A stretch of DNA of 14,267 nt from Promethearchaeota archaeon (GCA_048941265.1 JBHLNT010000105.1:1-14267), one strand, 5' to 3'; counted from the first letter of the stretch, positions 1-8,697 are shown. The notes: generated from the sequence alone by a model not told the origin. Made by a program: numbers and translations.

Positions 1-147
1 TTTTTTTATTTTTATTTTGTATAAAAAACCCCTCTGATATATAAATATAAAAAGTACGACAAAAAAATTTACTAAATACATAGTCTATTTTTCTTTAAAA
101 ACTTTCAATTTATATTCAACTAAACTAAAAATAATTTAAGATAAAAT

Positions 148-483
148 ATGAGTTCTGGATTATTAAAAAGAAGAAATAAAGATTTTTTAAAAAATTGTTT
201 AAGCCTTGAAGAATCTCTAAATTTAGCTAGGAGACAAGTGCAGAAAACTAATTTTAAAGTAATTACTAGTTTAATCTCAAATTTATTTGAAAGTAAAAAT
301 AAAGAATCATATTCAGGGATTTCTAATGCCATCGTCTCATTTTTAAGCCTTTCTAATAAGATAAAAAAAACGGATGTTTGCTTAACTACTAAAAATATTC
401 CGTTTAAAGAATTAGTTCCAGAATGCAAGCAAATTTTAAAGCAAGAATTTGGGGATGCTATTAAAAATTTGAAAAAAGAATAA
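148..483 (+). CDS. hypothetical protein (111 aa, basic, helical)
   Basis: ATG-started ORF; TTTTTC-TTTAAAAAC promoter-like motif with its TATA-like box 54 nt upstream (94), the same spacing as other genes here; preferred over the antisense ORF 120..497. No recognisable domain. Confidence 0.6.
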   Translation: MSSGLLKRRNKDFLKNCLSLEESLNLARRQVQKTNFKVITSLISNLFESKNKESYSGISNAIVSFLSLSNKIKKTDVCLTTKNIPFKELVPECKQILKQEFGDAIKNLKKE

Positions 484-514
484 AAAAAATAATTCATTTA
501 TCTCAATTTATCTT

Positions 515-979
515 TTAATCAACATCTACTGCAATACCACATTTATTACACCTTTTTGCTCCTAGAAATAAAGGATTTTCACACTCAGGACAATGATATC
601 TTTTTTCCTCTTCTTCAACCCATTTTTCTGTACCAAGCTTTCTCCATGTAGGAATTGCCCTGAGTATAACTTTTTTACCTACTTGAATAGGGAAATTTTC
701 TATAAATTTACAAGGAAAATCATCACATTGATAACATCCATTGATCCTTTTATCTTGAGAACATTTTTTAATTGGACATGACCTACATACTGGAAATACA
801 ATACCATCAGAAAGACAACCCGTGCAAGATATATCATCAATAGTCTTTGCAAAAGCTTTATAAACAGGCATTAATTTTTCCTTAAATTTTAAGTTATTAT
901 CCCTATGGGCAATATAAATCGAGCAAACGCCACAATATAATCCACATGGTGCCAAAAGTTCTTTTTTAACATCTACCAT
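515..979 (-). CDS. DUF3795-family Cys-rich metal-binding protein with C-terminal Zn ribbon
   Basis: APCGLYCGVC...CTGC...CRSCPIKKC...CYQCDDFPC pattern typical of DUF3795; C-terminal CPEC...CNKC ribbon. Confidence 0.8.
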   Translation of the reverse strand: MVDVKKELLAPCGLYCGVCSIYIAHRDNNLKFKEKLMPVYKAFAKTIDDISCTGCLSDGIVFPVCRSCPIKKCSQDKRINGCYQCDDFPCKFIENFPIQVGKKVILRAIPTWRKLGTEKWVEEEEKRYHCPECENPLFLGAKRCNKCGIAVDVD

Positions 980-1047
980 AATAGAGTGCCTAAGTTTTTA
1001 TTTATATGAGATAATACGCAATATTAGATAAAATTTACAGAAAGAGA

Positions 1048-1581
1048 TTAATTCTTGCTTATTTTATAGTAATTATTTTTTAAAGGGATTAAAAATCCTT
1101 GTCTTTTGAATTTATTCATTAATATATGTAATTCAGAAAAAGGTATCTTAAATTCATCAATTAACATTGAAATCATATAACTCGGAAACTTTTCGTATCT
1201 TTTTGAAAGTTCAAAAAGCAATTGTTTAAAATTCTCAGAATACCCATTTTCATTTTCTTTTTCCTTTAAATTTTTTTTAATTTTCGTTGGAGGGCTAATA
1301 TTGCGTGGAAAACAAAAATCGTTCATAGTTCTTAAATCAGGTTCTCTATTGAACTCCTCTACAGCCAAATTATTTTGTTTTTCTTTAACTGTGGCTATGG
1401 CATTAGTTAAACCCTTTATAATTTCTCCTGAATTAATTAAATCCTTCACTTTGTGACAATGGCCACATCTCAGGCATTTTTTCGTTTTTTGGGATGTTTT
1501 AACATATATATATTGATGACATTTAAAGCATTTAAAAATAATATAGGGATTTTCGTCTATTTTGAATCTATTTATTTCCAT
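1048..1581 (-). CDS. DUF1922-like Zn-ribbon protein with C-terminal winged-helix-like domain
   Basis: IFKCFKCHQYIY...KTKKCLRCG N-terminus; C-terminal ELHILMNKFKRQGFLIPLKNNYYKI looks like a winged helix; strong SD GAGGTGAG at 1591-1598 (minus); overlaps the hef stop. Confidence 0.7.
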   Translation of the reverse strand: MEINRFKIDENPYIIFKCFKCHQYIYVKTSQKTKKCLRCGHCHKVKDLINSGEIIKGLTNAIATVKEKQNNLAVEEFNREPDLRTMNDFCFPRNISPPTKIKKNLKEKENENGYSENFKQLLFELSKRYEKFPSYMISMLIDEFKIPFSELHILMNKFKRQGFLIPLKNNYYKISKN

Positions 1582-3791
1582 TTCTTAGAACTCACCTCAT
1601 TTTTATTGTGTTCATAGATATTTTTAACGACGTAGAATAGTTCTTCTTTATTGTCAATTGTAATTAAGTGGATATTATACTGAGTGGCTAATTCCTGTAT
1701 ATTTCTCTTTAATAATCGTTTTTCGCCTTTGAATTTCTCATTAAAATCAATAAATTCAACTATGATTATAATTAAATCATATTTTTCTTTTATATCAGAA
1801 ATAAATCTAATGAGATTCCCGTTGAATTTATCTAAGATATTTTCAGTAAATTCTTCAGAATTGTAGATTTGGACCACAATTTTGTTAAATAAAATTAAGT
1901 GAAGATTAGAATCCGTTGTTTCGAATAAAATTTCCTCAGAATCTAATTGTTTTCTTAAGCCTAATTTCATAGCAAGTAAATTACTAATTTTTATGTCAGA
2001 TTTATGTTTTAGGGCGTTCTCTGACTTTTTGGAGTCAATTCCATCGATAAATTCTTGGAGATCTGATTGCTTTTTCCTTTTATATCCCGTTTGTGAAACA
2101 TGTGTCTTATCATGCTTATTTTCTAAAGCTTTTTTAACCGTATTGTTTTCAATTTTTGTGATATTTAAATCTCTTTGGTTTTGAATTGATGTCCGAAGCT
2201 CCTGAGGATTTTTTAAATTTTTATTCATTTTTTTCAATTTGTTTAAGGCAATTTTCAAATAAATCTCGTCGTTTGTATTTTTGCAGTATAAAATAAAGAC
2301 TTTCCCTTCTCTATGTCTTGCAGTTCTGCCTTTTCTTTGAATTAACCTAATTTCTGATGCCACAATGTCATAAAAAATAACCATATCACATTCTGCAATA
2401 TCTAATCCCTCTTCTCCAACATTAGTACTTACCAAGACATTATAATCCCCCGTTTTAAATTGTTCTAGAATGGCAATTTGCTTCTTTTGAGTTAAGCCTT
2501 TATCATCTTCTGATCTACTTGCTTGGCCAACAAATCTCATAGGTCTTATTCCCTCCTTAATTTTCAATTTGTTAACAATATTCTTCACAGAATCTCTTAA
2601 TTTTACAAATACTAAGATTAATGAATTAGGATTATCTGATAATTCATCCGTAATTAGCTTTTCCAGTACTAAATATTTTGGATGAACCAAATTCTCAGGC
2701 GATAAATCGTCATTTCTTTTTAATTCAATAAACATTTGGCTTAAGCGAGGATCAGTGGCTAATATTTTTATAGCTTTAGAACTGGTTCTTTTTTTCGCAT
2801 CATTTTTTAATTTTTCTAAATAAATTAATAAAATGTCTAACCCCTGTTGTTCTAACAATTCAACCATATGAAATAAAATTAAAGCTTGAGCATTAATTGA
2901 GAGCGCACTATATAAATCCGTCTTATCTTTTTTCTCATTTAATAAATTAATTAAATTTTGATTTAATTTCAACAAATCCTTACGGATGATACTTTTAAAG
3001 TCTGCTTTCTTTTCTAAAAATCCCAGTTGAAAGAGATAATGCAGCCTTTCTTCAATAAGAATTTTTAATACGCGGTATATCTCCTCCATTAAATCGGTTA
3101 AATCAACCCCGATTTTAAAAATGTCCATAGGCTTCAAATACGTTTTTACGTCTTTATCTCTCCTAGTTCTTATATGGATATTATCAATGGGAATATGTAG
3201 GTTTTGACATAACTTCACTATTTTATCCTTTGAAGCGCCTGGTGAAGCAGTTAAAGCTAAAATGTTTCCATCGGGATTCTGATCTATATATTCATCAGCA
3301 ATTAACGTATAAGGATAATCTCCACTTGCATGATGAGCTTCATCAAAGATAATGAGACATACATTTTCTATCGTATACTTTCTATTAACCAGATCATTTC
3401 TTAAAGTCTGAGGAGTATAAAATATTATTCGTTTTTCCCTATATAATATGAATCTTCTTTCCGGTGGGACCTTTCCTGTCAAAACGGTGAAATTTTCCTC
3501 GGGTAACTCTAAAATTTTTAAAAAAGTCGCATAATGTTGATTAATTAATGGCCTAGTCGGGGCGAGCATAATAATTTTACTTTTTGGAGGGGATACCTCT
3601 AAAGTTTTAGCTGCGATAAATCCAGCAATCATAGTTTTTCCCAAACCCGTTGGTAAAACAACTAAAGAATTTTTATTAATGCATTGATTAGAAATATCTA
3701 TTTGATAGTTTCTTAATTCTATTTTTCCTTGAACCAGAAATAAATTTCTATTTTTATCATTTTTTTCTTTAATTTTTTTAATTTCCAACAT
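1572..3791 (-). CDS. hef: Hef/FANCM/Mph1-family SF2 DEAH helicase with degenerate C-terminal ERCC4-like domain
   Basis: Q motif RNYQ, motif I LPTGLGKT, Ia LAPTRPL, II IIFDEAHHA, III LTASPG, V STNVGEEGLDI, VI QRKGRTAR; family-typical RFVGQA. ATG at 3791 follows the upstream stop (TTG at 3800 is the alternative start). Confidence 0.9.
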   Translation of the reverse strand: MLEIKKIKEKNDKNRNLFLVQGKIELRNYQIDISNQCINKNSLVVLPTGLGKTMIAGFIAAKTLEVSPPKSKIIMLAPTRPLINQHYATFLKILELPEENFTVLTGKVPPERRFILYREKRIIFYTPQTLRNDLVNRKYTIENVCLIIFDEAHHASGDYPYTLIADEYIDQNPDGNILALTASPGASKDKIVKLCQNLHIPIDNIHIRTRRDKDVKTYLKPMDIFKIGVDLTDLMEEIYRVLKILIEERLHYLFQLGFLEKKADFKSIIRKDLLKLNQNLINLLNEKKDKTDLYSALSINAQALILFHMVELLEQQGLDILLIYLEKLKNDAKKRTSSKAIKILATDPRLSQMFIELKRNDDLSPENLVHPKYLVLEKLITDELSDNPNSLILVFVKLRDSVKNIVNKLKIKEGIRPMRFVGQASRSEDDKGLTQKKQIAILEQFKTGDYNVLVSTNVGEEGLDIAECDMVIFYDIVASEIRLIQRKGRTARHREGKVFILYCKNTNDEIYLKIALNKLKKMNKNLKNPQELRTSIQNQRDLNITKIENNTVKKALENKHDKTHVSQTGYKRKKQSDLQEFIDGIDSKKSENALKHKSDIKISNLLAMKLGLRKQLDSEEILFETTDSNLHLILFNKIVVQIYNSEEFTENILDKFNGNLIRFISDIKEKYDLIIIIVEFIDFNEKFKGEKRLLKRNIQELATQYNIHLITIDNKEELFYVVKNIYEHNKNEVSSKKWK

Positions 3792-3792
3792 T

Positions 3793-4449
3793 TTAATCAA
3801 AAATAAAATTATATTGCTCTAATTCGATATTAGTTATGTTTTTTTTACACTTATTAAGAGAGAGAATCATCTCCCCAAGTTTAAGACCGATTGCAGAAGG
3901 GTATGTTAGGTTGTTTCCATTTTGCTTGAAAAAATAGGGGTGCACTTTGCTAAGAATCCTCAGATTTTTGAGTAATTCTGTTCCATTATTTTCTAAATCA
4001 AATCCCTTACCTCTTTTAACATGTTTAAAAGTGTAAATAAAATCACTAAACAATTTGGACTGGGCCTTTTGAATGTGAATTTCATGAGATTTTTGTTTAG
4101 TTGTACTCTTTTCTTTTAAAGCACTGTCTAAAATTGGTTCCGTTACTAAATATACTTGCTTATCAATAACCTTTTTTTTAAGATAATGATTGTTAAATGT
4201 ATTATTAAATATTTCTTGGAAATATAGTATTAACGAAGTCAAATTATCAATTTCAGATTCAGGAATCATTAAATATTTCATTAATTTACTGAAATTAAAT
4301 TTTTTATTATAGTTATTTTTGAATTCTCCTAAAGCATTTATAATTTGATTTAGTTTTTTAATTACTTCTTCGAAATTTCTTTTATGACTGCTAATAGTGC
4401 TGTAATTCTTTTCCGATTTCTTATTTAAGATAAAAGAATCAGAGGTCAT
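3793..4449 (-). CDS. hypothetical protein, possible tandem HTH/winged-helix DNA-binding protein; first gene of the hef operon
   Basis: About 218 aa ORF; FNFSKLMKYLMIPESEIDNL is HTH-like and LTYPSAIGLKLGE resembles the 'y.lT..G' end of winged helices; stop abuts the hef ATG. Alternative TTG start at 4452. Confidence 0.7.
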   Translation of the reverse strand: MTSDSFILNKKSEKNYSTISSHKRNFEEVIKKLNQIINALGEFKNNYNKKFNFSKLMKYLMIPESEIDNLTSLILYFQEIFNNTFNNHYLKKKVIDKQVYLVTEPILDSALKEKSTTKQKSHEIHIQKAQSKLFSDFIYTFKHVKRGKGFDLENNGTELLKNLRILSKVHPYFFKQNGNNLTYPSAIGLKLGEMILSLNKCKKNITNIELEQYNFIFD

Positions 4450-4584
4450 CAATGCTAATTTAATTGAAAATATATAAATAAAAAATTTTAAAGAAATTTT
4501 TCACAGAAGCTTTTAGAAGAAAAATTCAATCGAATGATTAACTCAACTCATTAAAAAATAATGGTTATATTAAAAAATAAAAAA

Positions 4585-4609
4585 GGTGTTCGAATATAAT
4601 TCGAACACC
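4585..4609. repeat. perfect 11-bp inverted repeat GGTGTTCGAAT-ATA-ATTCGAACACC in divergent intergenic region
   Basis: Read directly; GC-rich relative to surroundings; ACACCCTT is also directly repeated at 4605-4612 and 4616-4623. Confidence 0.85.
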
Positions 4610-4820
4610 CTTGCCACACCCTTTTTTGTTTTTCTGATCCTTAAAAAATATAAGGAAGGATATTGACTTTTAAAAACTACCTTTTTCACAAAATCCTATA
4701 CTAAATTGTAATTTAAAATTGAGTAAATATTGTTTATTTAAAAGAGCTGCCTAAAATCTTTATTTAAGATTATAAAATAAGAGATTTCACGAATTTAGAA
4801 GAACAATTAAAAGATCATAA

Positions 4821-4840
4821 TTTTGTTCTATCGAACAAAA
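4821..4840. repeat. 8-bp inverted repeat TTTTGTTC-TATC-GAACAAAA
   Basis: Read directly; shares TGTTC/GAACA half-sites with the repeat at 4585-4609. Confidence 0.7.
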
Positions 4841-5056
4841 AATTTAATTAAGTGATCTATTAATCACTCCTCAGAAATTAATTCTTGGAAAAACAAGCTA
4901 AAACCATTTATATGAAATATTGACTTATAATTGTTTAGGGGAAAAAATTTAAGAAACTTCAAATAATTATGGAGCTAAACTATAACTCATTTTAGACAAG
5001 TACTATTTAAATTCAAGAATAAAGTTTTTTTTTAATTGAATTATCAATTCTCAAAT

Positions 5057-5070
5057 TTTTTCTTTATATT
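5057..5070 (+). promoter_or_regulatory. putative promoter TTTTTC-TTTATATT for the membrane protein/radB-like operon
   Basis: Variant of the shared TTTTTC-TTTAAATA motif upstream of the operon. Confidence 0.4.
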
Positions 5071-5146
5071 ATTTTATTAGTATCAATTAACAAAATTTAA
5101 GAGATTCTTATTTCACATGTTTTTATAATTGATTGGTGATAAAAGG

Positions 5147-5494
5147 ATGAAAATATTCATTTATTTTATTTTAATTATAGCGTTTTTAATGTTTTATCAG
5201 CAAAATCCAGTATTTGCTGTTGTTATTGTAGTTTTATTTTTAGCGATTTATATATTTTTTAAGTCAAGAAAAAATAGTGGATTAAATAATCGTGGGATGT
5301 TTTTTAGCGGCAGAAACAGGCAGCAAAACGATAAATTGGATGATCTAATTACATTGGTCTTACTTCAACAAGTTATGGAACCATCTCATAAAAGAGATGA
5401 GACGTATGATAAAATTATTAAGGATAGAGTAAGTGAAAGTCAAAACAGTATTGATAAAATCAAAGAAGAAGTAATTGACTTATTAAAAGGTTAG
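5147..5494 (+). CDS. small membrane protein (two N-terminal TM helices, soluble helical tail)
   Basis: MKIFIYFILIIAFLMFY-QQNP-VFAVVIVVLFLAIYIFF followed by KSRK; SD GGTGA at 5135-5139 favours ATG 5147 over TTG 5129; stop is 1 nt before the next ATG. Confidence 0.75.
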   Translation: MKIFIYFILIIAFLMFYQQNPVFAVVIVVLFLAIYIFFKSRKNSGLNNRGMFFSGRNRQQNDKLDDLITLVLLQQVMEPSHKRDETYDKIIKDRVSESQNSIDKIKEEVIDLLKG

Positions 5495-5495
5495 A

Positions 5496-6233
5496 ATGAT
5501 TGAACAAGAAGCAATTTTTAGAGGATTGGAACAATTAATATCCTTAAAAAAAATCGTTTCAGTCGCAGGTTCTTCTGGTACAGGAAAAACAACACTCGCC
5601 CTGCAATTAGTAGGAAATTTAATAACTCAATATAGGCCCTATAAGAATTCTTGCATTTGGATACAAGCCAGTGAAATTTTTCCAAATAGAAGGCTTAATA
5701 AAATCTTCGAATTTTTTCCAGAGAAATTATATTATCTTAAAGAACATATGTTCATTACTCCAAAAAAAAGGATATGCAAAAATTATCATTCACAAACAAA
5801 GATCATAGAAAATATTGTCAATGGGGGTATGATGTTGCCACCTGGTTTGAAATTCGTAGTTATAGACAATATTTCACATCATCTAAGATATCAGATTTTT
5901 AAAGCTGATGATATTAATAGAAAAATTTCGATTTTAAACGATTTTTTCAATTCTTATCTCTTACCCTTAATCCTATTGTGTATGAGAGAAGATATAATTT
6001 TAATATTAATTCATGAGGTATCATATGACCTAAATTTAGCGGAAAAAGTTCCTTTTTTATATAAACTATATGAAAGAATTGATTCTCTAATTATTAGTTT
6101 AACGCGGTATTTTATAACTAATGATAAAAAAATGTCCGTTGTTTTTAATGGAATTAGATGGATTTTTAAGTATCGACTTGAAGATGAGGGATTTTTTTGG
6201 CTGGATAATTTTAAAGTAAAACCATTACATTAA
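5496..6233 (+). CDS. RecA-superfamily ATPase, RadB/Rad51-paralog-like (no N-terminal HhH domain)
   Basis: Walker A GSSGTGKTTLALQL, CIWIQASEIFPNRRL (RadA/B 'YIDTE..F...RL' equivalent), Walker B FVVIDNI, ILILIHE strand. Confidence 0.8.
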   Translation: MIEQEAIFRGLEQLISLKKIVSVAGSSGTGKTTLALQLVGNLITQYRPYKNSCIWIQASEIFPNRRLNKIFEFFPEKLYYLKEHMFITPKKRICKNYHSQTKIIENIVNGGMMLPPGLKFVVIDNISHHLRYQIFKADDINRKISILNDFFNSYLLPLILLCMREDIILILIHEVSYDLNLAEKVPFLYKLYERIDSLIISLTRYFITNDKKMSVVFNGIRWIFKYRLEDEGFFWLDNFKVKPLH

Positions 6234-6253
6234 ATATATGTTCAGCCTTTTTA

Positions 6254-7012
6254 TTATAAAATTATTTCTAATAACTCTTTTAAGTTTGAAATTTTTTGAA
6301 CCTCTTTGAAGATCAAATTAGTTTGATAATCCTTTAGTGAATCTTGGATCGCTAAGTAATCTGTAATTAAACAATCTTGGGTTAACGGGTCTCTTTGAAT
6401 TAATATAGGATGTATATCTGCTGCTTTAGCACCCTGTATATCTTCTGGAGCATCTCCGATGTAGATTACTTCATTATTTTTAAGATCTGTTCGTTCGAGC
6501 GCAATAGAAAAGATCCCTGGATCTGGCTTTTTTACGCCAACTTCCCCGGATATGATAATAGAATCGAAATATCTATAAAGCTTCATATCTCGCAAGAGTG
6601 AATAAATATGGGGTGGAAAATCAAAATTTGAAATAAGAGCAATCTTTTTATTTTTCTTAAATTCCTTTAAGACTGGAATTGTTTCTGGATCAAGAGAAAC
6701 ATACTCATGCCATGCATTTAAACAAGAATTTGCAGTAAATCTTAGCTGATTATTATTCAAATTTAAACTCAAATCTTTGCAAAGTCTCTGGATTCGACGC
6801 TCATAAATAGTTAATCCGTCATTTTGTAGACTAGGTTCATCTCTTCCAAAAAATCCATCACATTTAGTCGCAAAAGATTCAATTGGCAAATTTAAACCAT
6901 AATTTTTCAAACAATTATAAAAAGTTGATATCCAATCTTCCCAAGCTTTTGGATTATCTTTATAAATCAAGAGCGTTCCATATAAATCAAAAAATATTCC
7001 ATTTATTTTCAT
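6254..7012 (-). CDS. HAD-superfamily hydrolase, subfamily IA
   Basis: Motif I FFDLYGTL, II LISNFD, III KKPDPGIF, IV YIGDAPEDIQGA. Confidence 0.9.
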   Translation of the reverse strand: MKINGIFFDLYGTLLIYKDNPKAWEDWISTFYNCLKNYGLNLPIESFATKCDGFFGRDEPSLQNDGLTIYERRIQRLCKDLSLNLNNNQLRFTANSCLNAWHEYVSLDPETIPVLKEFKKNKKIALISNFDFPPHIYSLLRDMKLYRYFDSIIISGEVGVKKPDPGIFSIALERTDLKNNEVIYIGDAPEDIQGAKAADIHPILIQRDPLTQDCLITDYLAIQDSLKDYQTNLIFKEVQKISNLKELLEIIL

Positions 7013-7164
7013 TTACTTTTAATCAAAATATTTTTTTAAGAAATATTAAATTTAGAAAAATCGAAATAATAATTTAAACTTTAACTCTCAGAAGTTTTAC
7101 CTTAAAAAAACATTTTAAGGATAAGTTGAGGCTAAGAAATAAATTTTTGTGGTATTTTTTATAT

Positions 7165-7178
7165 TTTTCCTTTAAATA
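7165..7178 (+). promoter_or_regulatory. distal copy of the promoter motif TTTTCC-TTTAAATA upstream of radA
   Basis: Identical 14-mer to the proximal copy at 7321-7334. Confidence 0.4.
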
Positions 7179-7320
7179 TAATTAAATTAATTAGAGTTTA
7201 ACAAAATGAGAAATAAACTAAATTTTAATGTTATTAGATTTTACCACAGAATCTTTAAATATTCATTCTAATGGAACTCTTTTTCTAAAAAAAAATTAAG
7301 TTCATTTCTCTTTTTCTTTT

Positions 7321-7334
7321 TTTTCCTTTAAATA
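7321..7334 (+). promoter_or_regulatory. putative radA promoter TTTTCC-TTTAAATA
   Basis: Consensus archaeal TATA box at 7327-7334, 54 nt before ATG 7381. Confidence 0.6.
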
Positions 7335-7380
7335 AATCGAATTATATTTAATTTTAAAAATTCTAACATGTGAATTGAAA

Positions 7381-8601
7381 ATGTCAGACATTAGTCAAAT
7401 AAAAGGTATTAATGCTCGACAGATAAAGCTATTACATGAAAATGGGATAAGCACTGCTGAAGCATTAGCAATGTCTCCTTTTAATGTAGTTTCAGAAATT
7501 GACGGATTAGGGGAAAAAACAGCGAAGAAACTCATATGGAATGCAAGAAATGCTTTAGGGATGACTGATTTTACTAAGGCTTCAGAGATGGAAGAAAATG
7601 TAGAATATTTTACTACAGGGTCATCAGAACTTAATAAAATCTTAGGAGGCGGGTTTCAAACTGGTAAATTGACAGAAGTTTATGGACCCTTTAAATCAGG
7701 AAAAACAAATTTAGCTCATACGCTATCAGTTACAATCCAATTACCCAAAGAGAGAGGTGGTATCGAAGGATCTGTAGCGTATATTGATACAGAGAATACT
7801 TTTTCTAAGGAAAAAATTAAGAGAATTGCTAAAAGATTTGGACTGAACCAAGATGAGGTGCTCTCTAAAATATACCACGCGAGAATATATAGTTCAGATC
7901 ATCAAACTCAAATGATAATGAAAGCCGAGACTCTTTGTAAGACTAGAAATGTAAGATTAATAATTTTAGATAGTCTAATGGCTCTCTTACGTAATGAATA
8001 TATTGGGATAGGCTCTCTTGCAAAAAGGCAAGGTGTGCTAAATAATATGATTCATGGATTATCAAGGGTAGCAGAAACATACAATTGTGCCATATTGCTC
8101 ACTAATCAAGTAGCAACCAAAATGGTGGGAATGTTTTCCGCTGATGACGCAATTGGAGGGAATATAGTAGCCCATGGCTGTCATTTCAGAGTAATGTTTA
8201 AAACAAAAGGATTCTCTTCTAATAATTCTTTAAAAAGAAGAGCAGTTATAGTTGATGCCCCTGATTTACCGCCAGAGGAATGTGAGTTTTATATTACAAG
8301 TGCGGGAATCGCTGATACAGATAATGTAGACCTAATTCCTCAAGAAGAATCGGATTTAGAATTTAAAATAGAAAAACTTTATGAAGACCATGAAGATAGC
8401 ATATCTTCTAGCGAAATTCCATTAACGAATGTGAAGGGGATAGGTAAAGGAACAGCCGAAAATTTGATGGCAAATGGTATTTCTACGATATATGATTTAA
8501 TATCTGTTGATCCAGATGAAATATCCGCAAAAGTAAGTGGAATATCTTTAAATAAGGTACTTGAGTGGCAAAAATCTGCAAAAACCTTGCTAAATTCTTA
8601 A
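7381..8601 (+). CDS. radA: RadA/Rad51-family recombinase with additional C-terminal HhH domain
   Basis: N-terminal HhH domain, FxxA polymerisation motif (FTKA), TTGSSELNKILGGG, Walker A GPFKSGKT, YIDTENTF, Walker B LIILDS, TNQV, GGNIVAH, VDAPDLP. ATG 7381 (TTG 7375 alternative). Confidence 0.92.
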   Translation: MSDISQIKGINARQIKLLHENGISTAEALAMSPFNVVSEIDGLGEKTAKKLIWNARNALGMTDFTKASEMEENVEYFTTGSSELNKILGGGFQTGKLTEVYGPFKSGKTNLAHTLSVTIQLPKERGGIEGSVAYIDTENTFSKEKIKRIAKRFGLNQDEVLSKIYHARIYSSDHQTQMIMKAETLCKTRNVRLIILDSLMALLRNEYIGIGSLAKRQGVLNNMIHGLSRVAETYNCAILLTNQVATKMVGMFSADDAIGGNIVAHGCHFRVMFKTKGFSSNNSLKRRAVIVDAPDLPPEECEFYITSAGIADTDNVDLIPQEESDLEFKIEKLYEDHEDSISSSEIPLTNVKGIGKGTAENLMANGISTIYDLISVDPDEISAKVSGISLNKVLEWQKSAKTLLNS

Positions 8602-8681
8602 ACTATGTATATACTATTCTAAAACTCTTTATTTTCAGAAATTATTAATTTTAGTTAATTATTACTGATAAATAACAAAAT

Positions 8682-8697
8682 AGAAGAAGTTTAAATA
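8682..8697 (+). promoter_or_regulatory. putative promoter with purine-rich BRE (AGAAGAAG) + TATA (TTTAAATA)
   Basis: TATA box at 8690-8697, 52 nt before ATG 8742. Confidence 0.55.

Noticed and set aside
120-497. Minus-strand 125-aa ORF
   Set aside because: Shadow of 148..483; F/L-rich composition typical of antisense AT-rich frames; the plus ORF has the correctly spaced promoter motif.
593-2184. Short plus-strand ORFs 593..781, 1684..1866 and 1993..2184
   Set aside because: Antisense to well-supported genes, with no motifs.
4587-4607. GTTCG/CGAAC half-sites resembling a Firmicutes LexA SOS box, or a tRNA T-loop (GTTCGAA)
   Set aside because: Orientation and spacing are wrong for CGAAC-N4-GTTCG, no LexA is in the window, and no cloverleaf can be folded.
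6410-7077. Plus-strand ORFs 6410..6601 and 6883..7077
   Set aside because: Antisense or overlapping the HAD gene, with no coding signal.
7100-7120. CCTTAAAA-N5-TTTTAAGG inverted repeat, similar to 4638-4656
   Set aside because: Mostly A/T with a different spacer length; plausible by chance.
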